64,000 nucleotides of DNA, taken from positions 2,272,001 to 2,336,000 of the forward strand of contig OZ245046.1 of assembly GCA_965224245.1 (NCBI GenBank), in the 5' to 3' direction. The position numbers were made by a program, and so were the translations under genes. How positions within the stretch are numbered: the stretch's first letter is position 1; each line of letters starts with the position of its first letter. Positions 17,720 through 27,081 of this stretch are shown in pieces. This stretch comes from Candidatus Eiseniibacteriota bacterium. GTDB taxonomy: Bacteria > Eisenbacteria > RBG-16-71-46 > CAZAMP01. The notes beneath the pieces are model-generated. The model did no database searches and was not told where the DNA came from. It saw nothing but the letters and a program-made list of their open reading frames with translations.

Positions 17720-18724
17720 CCCGGGCTCGGTGATTCCGAGGCGTCGCATCTTGCCGATCAGCGTCGTGCGCTTGAGGCCGCCCAGGTAGTGGGCGGCCCG
17801 TGTCTTGTTCCAGCCCGAGCGCTCGAGCGCCTCCACGATCAGCGCGCGCTCGTACGCGGCCACCCGGCGCGTGAACGACGGGCCCTCGGGCGCCAGGTCG
17901 TCCTCGTGACGCGGGAAGTCACCGAGCGAGATGGTGCGCCGCTCCGCCCACGCCACGACGGCGGCGCGCTCGACCTCGTTGCGGAGCTGCCGCACGTTTC
18001 CGGGCCACCGGCGCCGCCGCAGCCCCGGCGCGACCTCCGCGTCGATCTCGGGACGCACACCGTGGCGGCTGGCCAGCCGGTCGAGTATGTGCGCGACCAG
18101 GAGCGGGATGTCCTGCGGACGCTCGACGAGCGGCGGCACCGTGAGCGGCGCGCCGCAGAGCCGGTAGAACAGATCGGCCCGGAACGTCCCCTCGCGTGAA
18201 CGCGATCTCAGGTCACGATTGGTCGCGGCCACCACACGCACGTCCACCCGACGGACGTCGTTCTCGCCCAGCCGGCGTATCTCGCCCTGCTCGAGGAAGC
18301 GCAGCAGCTTCGCCTGCGTCGGCGCCTCCATCTCACCCACCTCGTCGAGGAAGAGCGTGCCGTCGTCGGCCGATTCGATCAGGCCCACGCGATCGTTGCT
18401 CGCGCCGGTGAACGCGCCCCTCCGGACACCGAACAGCTCGCTCTCGAGCAGACCGGCGGGCAGGGCACCGCAGTTGACGGCGATCCACGGGCCGCGACGG
18501 CGGGCGCTCAGGCGATGGACGCCCTCGGCGAGGAGCTCCTTGCCGGTTCCGCTGGGACCCTCGATCAGAACAGGCAGGTGCGAACGTGCGTAGTCACGCG
18601 CGCGCCTGAGCATGTCGAACGTGCGGCGGTCGCAGGTGACGAATCCGGGAATGGGCGACGCCACGCCGAGCTTCGCCGTCGGCGCGGCGCGAGCGGCGTC
18701 GCGGTGCGAAGAGCAATCGGGCAT
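17696..18724 (-). CDS. Sigma54-dependent enhancer-binding protein (AAA+ and Fis HTH) with no N-terminal sensory domain
   Basis: GPSGTGKE, ESELFG, GAFTGA, LFLDEV, RADLFYRL, WPGNVRQL, GWNKTRAA; ATG at 18724 after GGAG. Confidence 0.93.
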   Translation of the reverse strand: MPDCSSHRDAARAAPTAKLGVASPIPGFVTCDRRTFDMLRRARDYARSHLPVLIEGPSGTGKELLAEGVHRLSARRRGPWIAVNCGALPAGLLESELFGVRRGAFTGASNDRVGLIESADDGTLFLDEVGEMEAPTQAKLLRFLEQGEIRRLGENDVRRVDVRVVAATNRDLRSRSREGTFRADLFYRLCGAPLTVPPLVERPQDIPLLVAHILDRLASRHGVRPEIDAEVAPGLRRRRWPGNVRQLRNEVERAAVVAWAERRTISLGDFPRHEDDLAPEGPSFTRRVAAYERALIVEALERSGWNKTRAAHYLGGLKRTTLIGKMRRLGITEPGLAEPSRD

Positions 18725-18817
18725 GCGGATCGACTCCGAACGCGATGGTCGTGAGATGCGGATGGCAGCGAGCAAGGCCAACCCGTGGTCCTGCGGCTGA
18801 ACGGCGATGCCCCGGAT

Positions 18818-18833
18818 TGCAAACGGAGTGCCA
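18818..18833 (-). promoter_or_regulatory. Sigma54 (-24/-12) promoter
   Basis: Minus strand TGGCACTCCGTTTGCA, near-perfect consensus about 95 nt upstream of the bEBP start. Confidence 0.75.
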
Positions 18834-19039
18834 CGCCCCCCCGGACCATGCACGACTCGGGGTGGAGAGGACAGCATCGTGCATCGGCAGAGGTTGCGTC
18901 CCCGCGCGGGCGTCGGCCGGCCCCCGACTTCACGCCCCGCTCCATGAGGTGATCGGCTGCCTTGTCGCCGCGCGCGATCCCCGGGCAACATCGCGACAGC
19001 GACGAGCGACGATCAACCCCCTCCGCACCGCGACGGCGA

Positions 19040-21208
19040 TCACTCCCCGCCGAGACGGGCGATCGCGCTCCGGATGGAGTCCGCGGTGGCGCCGCTCCCG
19101 GCCAGCCGCAGGGCGTCGGTGAGCTCGGTACGGGCGCGGTCTCGGGCCCCCGTCGCCGCCAGCGCGGATCCGAGCCGCCACCTGGCCACCGGGTCCCACT
19201 CGCGCAACGTGCACAGGTGGGTCCAGAGCCGCACGGCATCGTCGGCGCGGCCGAGCGAGTCGTACAGCGACGCCAGGGCTTCCACGACGTCGGGATCATC
19301 CGGTGCGGCGGCCTCGAGCGTCTCGTACGCCGCCACCGCATCGGCCGGTGAGCCGGTGCGCGCGAGCTGCTCCGCGCGATGCCGGAGGACGTCGAGATCG
19401 TCCGGCGCGAGCAGCACCGCTCGCATGAGCACCGAGTCGGAGCGCGCGTGCTCGCCGAGCGCGTCCAAAACGAGCGCGAAGCCCCGGAGGACGTCGACGT
19501 CGTTCGGCGTCTCGTCGAGGGCGGCGCGGAAGTGAGCGCGCGCCTCGTCGAGTCGACCCATCGCCGCGTGAACGCGTGCGAGACCCGCGTGCGCGTCGGC
19601 GGAGGGGAGGATCGACAGCGCCTCCGTGAACGCCCGGGCGGCCAGCGGAAGCTCACCCCGGACCAGCGCCGCCTCGCCGGTTCGCACGTGCCCCTTCGCA
19701 TCGTTGGCGGCGTTCCACTCGCCGATCCGGTCCTTGGCGTCCGGAAGCGGACCGCCCGTCGGCGGGTTCTCGAGACCCGAGATGTACCCGAGGTTGCCGA
19801 GCCACTCGCGCACGCGCGGCTCCGGCTGGATCGCCTCCACGAGACCGTCGATCCCGAACATCGCGGCGCGGGCGAGCGCACGTTCCTGAAACGCCGAGAG
19901 CTCGCCGTCGAGGCGTGCCGTCACGTCGGGAGACTCGGCGGCGACGTCATGGAGCTCCGCGGGGTCCGCCGCGCGATCGTAGAGCTCGGAGCGCGTCGTG
20001 CGTATCCACTTCCTGTCCCCGGAGATCCAGGATTCCTGGGGCGCCCAGCCGTACTCGAGCCGCGTGAAGTGGTTCTCGACGTAGATCTCTCGATCCGGTG
20101 CTCCGGGCGCCAGCCCCTTCGCGCTCTGGCCCGCGAACACTTCGGGAGGCTCGATGCCGGCCAGATCGAGGAGCGTGGGCGCGACGTCCACGAGCCCGAC
20201 GTTCGCGTCGATCCGCGCGATCGGCACCCGGGACGGGCTCCACAGGATCCACGGCACGTGCACGGTGGTGTCGTAGACGAAGATGCCGTGCGCCCACTCC
20301 TCGTGCTCGCCGAGCCCCTCTCCGTGATCGGCCACGACCGCGACCACGGGCGCGGAGTCGCGGGCTCGAACCGCATCGAGGAGTCGGGCGACCAGTGAGT
20401 CGGTGTACGCGATCTCGCCCTCGTAGAACGACTCGTAGCGCGACAGGTACGGCTCGGGCGGATCGTACGGCGAGTGGGGATCAAACAGGTGCACCATCAG
20501 GAAGTACGGTCCGTCGACCGACGCCAGCCAGTCGATCGCGCGTGCGACCGTGCGATCGCCGCGGCGTTCGCTTCCGGTCCACTCGGGTGTGAGCGACCGG
20601 AACACCTCGCGGTTGAACGTGAAGGGCTCGGAGAAGTCGTCGTCGTAGACGTCGAATCCCTGGGCGCAGCCGGTCTCGCGGCGCACGGGAAGCGACGAGA
20701 CGAACGCACCGGTGACGTAGCCGCGCTCGGCGAAGACCTCCGCGAGCGTCGTGGCGCGCTCGGAGAGGCGCTCGTCGTAGTTCTCCCGCACTCGGTGCAC
20801 GAGCGGCCACTGGCTCGACAGGATGCTCGAGACCGACGGCAGCGTCAGCGGGTACGGCGAGAAGCACGACGTGAACAGCATCCCCTCGGCCGCGAGCGCG
20901 TCCAGGTGGGGCGTCAGGTCGTCGCGACCGCCGATCGCGCCGAGGTGGTCGGCCCGAAACGTGTCGAGCACGATCAGGACCACCGGGGGCCCGGAGACCG
21001 GCGATCGCTCGCAGGCCGCGCACACCATCAGGGCCGCTGCGCCGAGCGCGATTCCCCATCGACTCGGCGGCGTGCACGATCGACACGATCGCGCGCGGCG
21101 CGGACGCGGTGGCGCGGGTGATCGACACGGTGACGGATCGGTCGGCTTGCCGGGCGCCGTGACCCGGGATAAGCTCGCCGGCGTTCGGGCCCGCGATCGG
21201 GCCCCCAA
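19040..21208 (-). CDS. Sulfatase-like hydrolase/transferase with C-terminal TPR repeats (start uncertain: TTG 21208 or ATG 21028)
   Basis: LIVLDTFRADHL, HLFDPHSPY, YEGEIAYTD, ADHGE, ELYD; TPR helices after the LGYI motif. Confidence 0.85.
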   Translation of the reverse strand: MGARSRARTPASLSRVTAPGKPTDPSPCRSPAPPRPRRARSCRSCTPPSRWGIALGAAALMVCAACERSPVSGPPVVLIVLDTFRADHLGAIGGRDDLTPHLDALAAEGMLFTSCFSPYPLTLPSVSSILSSQWPLVHRVRENYDERLSERATTLAEVFAERGYVTGAFVSSLPVRRETGCAQGFDVYDDDFSEPFTFNREVFRSLTPEWTGSERRGDRTVARAIDWLASVDGPYFLMVHLFDPHSPYDPPEPYLSRYESFYEGEIAYTDSLVARLLDAVRARDSAPVVAVVADHGEGLGEHEEWAHGIFVYDTTVHVPWILWSPSRVPIARIDANVGLVDVAPTLLDLAGIEPPEVFAGQSAKGLAPGAPDREIYVENHFTRLEYGWAPQESWISGDRKWIRTTRSELYDRAADPAELHDVAAESPDVTARLDGELSAFQERALARAAMFGIDGLVEAIQPEPRVREWLGNLGYISGLENPPTGGPLPDAKDRIGEWNAANDAKGHVRTGEAALVRGELPLAARAFTEALSILPSADAHAGLARVHAAMGRLDEARAHFRAALDETPNDVDVLRGFALVLDALGEHARSDSVLMRAVLLAPDDLDVLRHRAEQLARTGSPADAVAAYETLEAAAPDDPDVVEALASLYDSLGRADDAVRLWTHLCTLREWDPVARWRLGSALAATGARDRARTELTDALRLAGSGATADSIRSAIARLGGE

Positions 21209-21299
21209 TCGGCTCGCGACCCGAGTCGGACGTGTCGCGTCGGGCGTCCCCGGCGCCGCGCCCGGGCATGGAGCGCGATCGTCACCCTGGAGGCTCGTG

Positions 21300-21845
21300 G
21301 TGCGCATCGAACGCGATCGGGCGACGCTCGTCGTGGTGGACGTGCAGGAGCGGCTCTTTCCCCACATCCACGGGCACGACGACCTCGCCCGCGAGATCCC
21401 GCGTCTGATCCAAGGACTGCGAACGCTGGACGTTCCCATCGTGGTCACCGAGCAGTATGTGAAGGGCCTCGGGCCGACCATCGAGCCCGTTCGCACCGCG
21501 CTCGGATCCGCCTACTCTCCGATCGAGAAGATGAGCTTTTCGTGTTGCGGCAACAACCCCTTTCTGGAGGCTCTCACCGCCCTGGATCGGAGCCACGCGA
21601 TCCTGACCGGGATCGAGACACACGTGTGCGTGTACCAGACGGCGATCGACCTGATCGAGCGCGGGTACTTCGTGCACCTGGTGGTCGATGCCGTGGGGTC
21701 CCGAACCACCCGGAACCGCGACGTGGCGGTCCGGAGGATGGAGCAGGCCGGCGTCACCCCGACGAGCGTCGAGATGTGCCTGTTCGAGCTGTGCCGCGTC
21801 GCGGGCACCGACGAGTTCCGCGCCATCTCCCGACTCGTGAAGTAG
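21300..21845 (+). CDS. Isochorismatase family hydrolase
   Basis: VVDVQERL, TEQYVKGLGPT, EKMSFSC, GIETHVCVYQT; GGAGG RBS. Confidence 0.92.
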   Translation: MRIERDRATLVVVDVQERLFPHIHGHDDLAREIPRLIQGLRTLDVPIVVTEQYVKGLGPTIEPVRTALGSAYSPIEKMSFSCCGNNPFLEALTALDRSHAILTGIETHVCVYQTAIDLIERGYFVHLVVDAVGSRTTRNRDVAVRRMEQAGVTPTSVEMCLFELCRVAGTDEFRAISRLVK

Positions 21846-21905
21846 GGTGAGTCCGCTCGGCGACCCCGCCCGCCGGGGAAGCCCCCGCGTTCGCGCTGGC
21901 GACGA

Positions 21906-24602
21906 TCACTCGTGAGCGTCCAGCCACGTCCGTCCCCACCCGGCATCCACCACGAGCGGCACGTCCAGGTCCAGCGCGCCCTCCATCTCCTCGCGGACGA
22001 TCGACTCGAGGGCGTCCTCCTCCCCGCGCGGCGCCTCGAACACGAGCTCGTCGTGCACGGTCAAGAGCATGCCGGCCGCGAAGCCGTCGGTCTCCATGCG
22101 CCGCGCGATCCGGACCATCGCCACCTTGATGAGATCGGCCGCCGTGCCCTGGATGACCGTGTTCACCGCCGTGCGCTCGGCGTACGCCCGGCGCTGATGA
22201 TGCTCGGAGCCGATGTCGGGAAGATACCGGCGACGACCGAGCAGCGTCGTCACGTAGCCGTCGATGCGGGAGCGCCCGAGGACGTCGTCCTTGAACTGGC
22301 GCACCGATGCGTAGCGTTCGAAGTACGACTCGATGAACGCCTTCGCATCCTTCTGCGGGATCTTCAGCGCCTCGGCCAGCCCACGAGGCCCCTGTCCGTA
22401 CACGACGCCGAAGTTGACCGCCTTCGCCTTGGCGCGCATCTCGTCGGTGACGTCGTCGAACGAGACCCCGAACACGGCGGCCGCGGTGTGCCGGTGCACG
22501 TCGACCCCGTCGGTGAACGCTTCGCGGAGCCCCGAGTCGCCGGAGATCGACGCGAGGATCCGCAGCTCGACCTGGCTGTAGTCCGCACTCAGGAGCCGCC
22601 ATCGGTCGGGAGCCACGAACCCCGCTCGGATGCGACGGCCCGCCGGGGTCCGGATGGGGATGTTCTGCAGGTTGGGGTCGCTGGACGAGAGCCGGCCGGT
22701 GGCCGCGATCGTCTGGTTGAACGACGAGTGCAGCCGTCCGGTGTCGGCGCGCACGAGCTTCGGCAGCGCGTCGACGTACGTGGACAGGAGCTTCTGCACC
22801 TGCCGGTACTCGAGGATCTTCCCGGGCAAGGGGTGCCGTGACGCGAGTCGCTCGAGCACGTCGCTGTCGGTCGAGGCGCCGCTCTTCGTCTTGCGCCCCG
22901 CCGGGAGCCCGAGCTCGTCGAACAGGATCACGCGGAGCTGCGTCGGCGAGTTGACGTTGAACTCACGCCCCACGATCTCGTGGATCTCCTGCTCGCGCGC
23001 CCGCATCTCGCCGGTGAGCTCGCGGGAGAGCGCCGTGAAGAGCTCGGCATCGAGGAGGATTCCGCGCCGTTCCATCCGCAGGATGACCTCGCTGAGCGGC
23101 ATCTCCACGTCGACGAACAGCGGCTCCAGCTCGAGCTCACGCAGTCGCGGCGCGAAGACGTTGCGCAGCCGCAGCACGACGTCGACGTGCTCGCATGCGA
23201 GCTTCGAGACGCGATCCACCTCGACCTCCCACAGCTGACGCCGGTCCTTGCCGGTGCCCATGAGCTCGGCGCGCGTGGTGAGCGTCAGATCGAGCTCCTG
23301 ACGTGCGAGGTCCTCGACGGCGTAGCGCGCCTTGCCCGGCTCAAGGAGATAGGCCGCGAGCAGCGTGTCGAAGTCGACGCCCCGAAGCGTGATCCCGTGG
23401 TTCGCCAGCACCGACGCCGCGAACTTCCCGTCGTGAACGACCTTCGCCACGTCGACGTCTTCCAGCACCGGGCCGATCCGGGCCAGCACGTCGTCCAGCG
23501 GCAGGTTCACCTCGTCGGAGGCGTCCATCATCGCGCCGTGTCCCAGCGCGACGTAGTGCCCGACACCCTCGCCGACGGTGAACGCCACGCCCACCAGTCG
23601 CGCCTCCAGGGCGTCTCCGCTCGTGGTCTCGAGACCGATCGCCAGCACGTCGCCGGACGCCGCCTCGGGGAGGAGCTGCTCCAGCGACGCGAGCGACGTC
23701 ACGCGGGAGTAGCTCACCTCGGGCGCCGGTTTGCTGGGCGTGAAGAGATCGGTGAAGCGCGTGATCTCCATCGCCTTGAACAGCGCGCCGAGCCGCGCCT
23801 CGTCGGGTGCGCCGGGCTTCAACGCGTCGAAGTCCACGTCGAGGTCGACGTCGGTGTCGATGGTGACCAGCCGCCGCGAGAGCTCCGCATCGTCCCGGTG
23901 CTCCTGGAGTCGCTCGCCGAGCTTTCCCTTGATCCGGTCCGCGGTGGCCAGGATCCGATCCAGCGAGCCGTGCTCCTCGAGGAGCTTGATCGCCGTCTTC
24001 TTCCCCACCCCCGGCACGCCGGGGATGTTGTCGGAGGAGTCGCCCATCAGCGCCAGGAGGTCGACGATCCGTGCGGGCGGCACGCCCATCCACTCGGTCA
24101 CGCCGTCGGGGCCGAGCAGATCCTCGTCCCCTCCGCCCTTGGGTCGGACGATGGACACGCGGTCGCTCACCAGCTGGCAGAAGTCCTTGTCGCCCGAGTA
24201 GATCGTCACGTCGATGTCGGCCGCGGCGGCCCGCGCGGCCAGCGTTCCGATGATGTCGTCGGCCTCGATGCCGTCGTGGCTGATCAACGCGATGTTCATG
24301 GCGTCGACGAGCTCCCGGATGTGGGGCAGGGAATCGCCGAGCTCGTCGGGCATCTTGGCCCGCGTCGACTTGTACTCGGGATAGAGCGCATGACGGGGCG
24401 TCGGCGCCTTGGTGTCGAACGCGATCGCCACGTACTCGGGGTGATCCTCGCGCAGGATCTTCGTCAGCGTATTCGCGAAGCCGTAGACGGCCGACGTGTT
24501 CTCGCCGCGCGAGTTGATCAGCGGGTTCCGGATGAACACGAAGTACGACCGATACGCGAGCGCGGATCCGTCGATCAATCCCAGTCGCGGCGTTCTCGCC
24601 AT
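21906..24602 (-). CDS. polA: DNA polymerase I
   Basis: 5'-3' exonuclease (IDG, EADD, GDSSDNIPG) and polymerase motifs TGRLSS, DYSQVELR, KAVNFG, VHDE. Confidence 0.97.
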   Translation of the reverse strand: MARTPRLGLIDGSALAYRSYFVFIRNPLINSRGENTSAVYGFANTLTKILREDHPEYVAIAFDTKAPTPRHALYPEYKSTRAKMPDELGDSLPHIRELVDAMNIALISHDGIEADDIIGTLAARAAAADIDVTIYSGDKDFCQLVSDRVSIVRPKGGGDEDLLGPDGVTEWMGVPPARIVDLLALMGDSSDNIPGVPGVGKKTAIKLLEEHGSLDRILATADRIKGKLGERLQEHRDDAELSRRLVTIDTDVDLDVDFDALKPGAPDEARLGALFKAMEITRFTDLFTPSKPAPEVSYSRVTSLASLEQLLPEAASGDVLAIGLETTSGDALEARLVGVAFTVGEGVGHYVALGHGAMMDASDEVNLPLDDVLARIGPVLEDVDVAKVVHDGKFAASVLANHGITLRGVDFDTLLAAYLLEPGKARYAVEDLARQELDLTLTTRAELMGTGKDRRQLWEVEVDRVSKLACEHVDVVLRLRNVFAPRLRELELEPLFVDVEMPLSEVILRMERRGILLDAELFTALSRELTGEMRAREQEIHEIVGREFNVNSPTQLRVILFDELGLPAGRKTKSGASTDSDVLERLASRHPLPGKILEYRQVQKLLSTYVDALPKLVRADTGRLHSSFNQTIAATGRLSSSDPNLQNIPIRTPAGRRIRAGFVAPDRWRLLSADYSQVELRILASISGDSGLREAFTDGVDVHRHTAAAVFGVSFDDVTDEMRAKAKAVNFGVVYGQGPRGLAEALKIPQKDAKAFIESYFERYASVRQFKDDVLGRSRIDGYVTTLLGRRRYLPDIGSEHHQRRAYAERTAVNTVIQGTAADLIKVAMVRIARRMETDGFAAGMLLTVHDELVFEAPRGEEDALESIVREEMEGALDLDVPLVVDAGWGRTWLDAHE

Positions 24603-24985
24603 CGTGCCTCTTCCCGTCAGGCGCCCGTCCGTGGTGGAGCCGCGTCACCCTCGCGAGCGCCCGCACCGAAATCAGTGGCGCGGATTGTACTCGGTCGCCT
24701 CGACGACGCCCAGCCCGGCCGGCTTGGCCCGAGGGTGCGGCCGTGGATGCACGATGTCGATCCGGCGCCCCGGACGGGGTCGTCGGGCGCGCACGGGCAC
24801 GACGTTCGTGGTAGAACTCCTCGTCCGCGATGGCCGGTCGCCGGCGCGGTCACGCGCCGGCGCGGAAACGAGCCCCGAGGGTTGCACACCCCGAGGGCTG
24901 CGATGACGACGGCGGCGACTCGGGCGAGAATCGAGACCGTCTCCGCAGTCGTGCGGCGGGACGTACGCGCCGCCAGGGAGGATGG

Positions 24986-25432
24986 ATGAACCCGTCGCCG
25001 GTCACCGTTCGGGACGGCTCGCCCGACGACGCGTCCGCGCTGGTGCGTCTCGGCGACGAGCTCGGCTACGCCGCGACCGAGGGCGACGTTCGCGATCGGG
25101 CCGAACGCCTGGCGTCCGACCCCGATCACGTGTTCCGCGTGGCGGTTCGAGACGGCGTCGTCGTGGGATGGATCCACGCGGCGCGCATCGACTCGCTGAC
25201 GGGCGCGCCGCGCCTGGAGATCCGGGGGCTCGTGGTCGCGCACGGCGATCGCCGGGGCGGGGTGGGCGCCCGGCTGGTGGCCGACGTCGAGACCTGGGCG
25301 AGATCTCGCGGACTCACCGCCGTGCGTGTCCGGAGCCGGACCGAGCGGGACGGCGCTCGCGCGTTCTACGAGCGACTCGGGTACCGGGTGGGCAAGACCC
25401 AGCACGTGTTCGACCGCCGGCTCGACGACTGA
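24986..25432 (+). CDS. GNAT family N-acetyltransferase
   Basis: LVVAHGDRRGGVGARL motif A, AFYERLGY; GGAGG RBS. Confidence 0.9.
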   Translation: MNPSPVTVRDGSPDDASALVRLGDELGYAATEGDVRDRAERLASDPDHVFRVAVRDGVVVGWIHAARIDSLTGAPRLEIRGLVVAHGDRRGGVGARLVADVETWARSRGLTAVRVRSRTERDGARAFYERLGYRVGKTQHVFDRRLDD

Positions 25433-25447
25433 GCGCGGCGCCCGGGC

Positions 25448-26866
25448 TCACTCGCGAGACGCCACCCATCGCGTGAGCGAGTCGATCGTGGCCGGGTTGA
25501 ACAGGAACATCCCCTGGCGCCAGTTCGCGAACGCCGTGGAGTCCGCATCGGCCCAGGCGAACAGGTGATCGGTGTCGGGAAGCACCATCAGCGTGGCCGC
25601 GCCCGGGTCGGGAAGCCACTCGTGTACGCGCTCGGCATCCTCGGTGGACGAGACGAAGTCGGACGAGCCGATGACCACGGCCACCCGGCCGGTCAGCGCA
25701 CCGTACAGGCGATCCAGGTCCACGTCGGCCAGCTCGCGCACGTACGTCTCGTTGCGTCCGCGCGTCCGCCCGGCGGCGTCCAGCACCAGCGGACGCCAGT
25801 CCGGATGCTCGTCCAGCACGTCCTCGATCGGACGCCCGTCGAGGACGCCGGCATAGAACGCGCGGATCGCGTCGCCGAGCGCGTCCACGTCGTGATCGCT
25901 GGCGCCGGCCAGCGAGGCCGAGCGGCGTGCGCCCGCGGCCACGAACTCCGGAAACGAACGACCCAGCGGCGCCGACAGGACCACGCCGGCGACGTCGGAC
26001 CGACCCTCGGCCACGCGCGCGGCCACGACGCCCCCGACGACGTGCCCGACGACGAAGCACTCCGCGTCCGGGTGTCGGGCCCGAACGTGGTCGAAGGCGG
26101 CCAGTGCGTCGGCCACGTCGGCCTCGAACCCCTGGTCGAGATAGCTGGGCCCCGCCGAGTCGCCGACGCCGGGCCGGTCGTAGCGCACGACGCCGAAGCC
26201 GTCGGTGGCCAGGCGAAACGCCAGCTCGCGAAAGAGGTTGTAGCCGCCCGACTCCACCGACCGATCCATGGCGTCCTGGATCAGGAGCACCCACCGCGTC
26301 GGCGTCTCGCCGGATGGACGCACGTGGATCGCGCGCAGGCAGTACTCGGCGTCCCCGCGCGAGACTCCGAATGCATCGAGCGTGACGTCGAGGCCGTCGC
26401 GCCACTCGATGGGCGCCTCGGTCAGATGCACCACGTGCTCGATCGTCCGGCGGTCGGACACGACCCGCATCGACACCTCGTCCCCGGCCGCGAACCGGCC
26501 GAGCGCGTCGAGAAACGTCATGGGATCCGGGGTGGACTGCCCGCCGACCGACACGATCACGTCGTCGACGCGGAGGCCCGCCGCGGCGGCCGGCGAGCGG
26601 CCGGCGATCGTCTGGATCCACACGCCCTCGCGTTCCTCGAGGCCGAGCCGGAGCGCGTTCGGCGTGGTCAGCGCGCGTCCGACCAGACCCAGGTACGCCC
26701 GGCGCGGCAGGCCCTCGGGGCACCCGCGTGGCGGATGGCCGGCGATACCCGTCGTGCCCTCGGCACCGGGCCCGATCACGTCCGCCGGGGTGGGCGACGA
26801 CCCCGCCAGCGCGAGAGCCGCCCCCAGCGCGGGCGTGGTGCGCGCGAGCGCCCGCATCCGCCTCAT
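25448..26866 (-). CDS. Secreted PDZ domain plus alpha/beta-hydrolase-fold protein, catalytic Ser absent
   Basis: SPAAAAGLRVDDVIVSVGG (PDZ); RYDRPGVGDS; GHVVGG at the nucleophile elbow; GSSD and DTDH. Confidence 0.85.
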   Translation of the reverse strand: MRRMRALARTTPALGAALALAGSSPTPADVIGPGAEGTTGIAGHPPRGCPEGLPRRAYLGLVGRALTTPNALRLGLEEREGVWIQTIAGRSPAAAAGLRVDDVIVSVGGQSTPDPMTFLDALGRFAAGDEVSMRVVSDRRTIEHVVHLTEAPIEWRDGLDVTLDAFGVSRGDAEYCLRAIHVRPSGETPTRWVLLIQDAMDRSVESGGYNLFRELAFRLATDGFGVVRYDRPGVGDSAGPSYLDQGFEADVADALAAFDHVRARHPDAECFVVGHVVGGVVAARVAEGRSDVAGVVLSAPLGRSFPEFVAAGARRSASLAGASDHDVDALGDAIRAFYAGVLDGRPIEDVLDEHPDWRPLVLDAAGRTRGRNETYVRELADVDLDRLYGALTGRVAVVIGSSDFVSSTEDAERVHEWLPDPGAATLMVLPDTDHLFAWADADSTAFANWRQGMFLFNPATIDSLTRWVASRE

Positions 26867-27081
26867 TGATCGGTCGAACCCTCGATCCTGCACGCCAACC
26901 TCCAGGCGAGCCCATCGGCACGTGGCCGGGCGGGTCGGCGCGTGGTCACGGCCGCCCGTCACGGTCATCCATCGGCCGTTCCCGCCCGATCTCCGGCCTT
27001 TTCGCTTGCCCCGAGCGCGAGGCTTCTCCGATCATCCTCGGACTCGTTTTTGGACCCACCCCCCTCTCGGGAGCCTCGCCG

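Noticed and set aside
21209-21496. N-terminal extension of the sulfatase-like ORF given in the track
   Set aside because: Overlaps the divergent isochorismatase gene; the true start is downstream.
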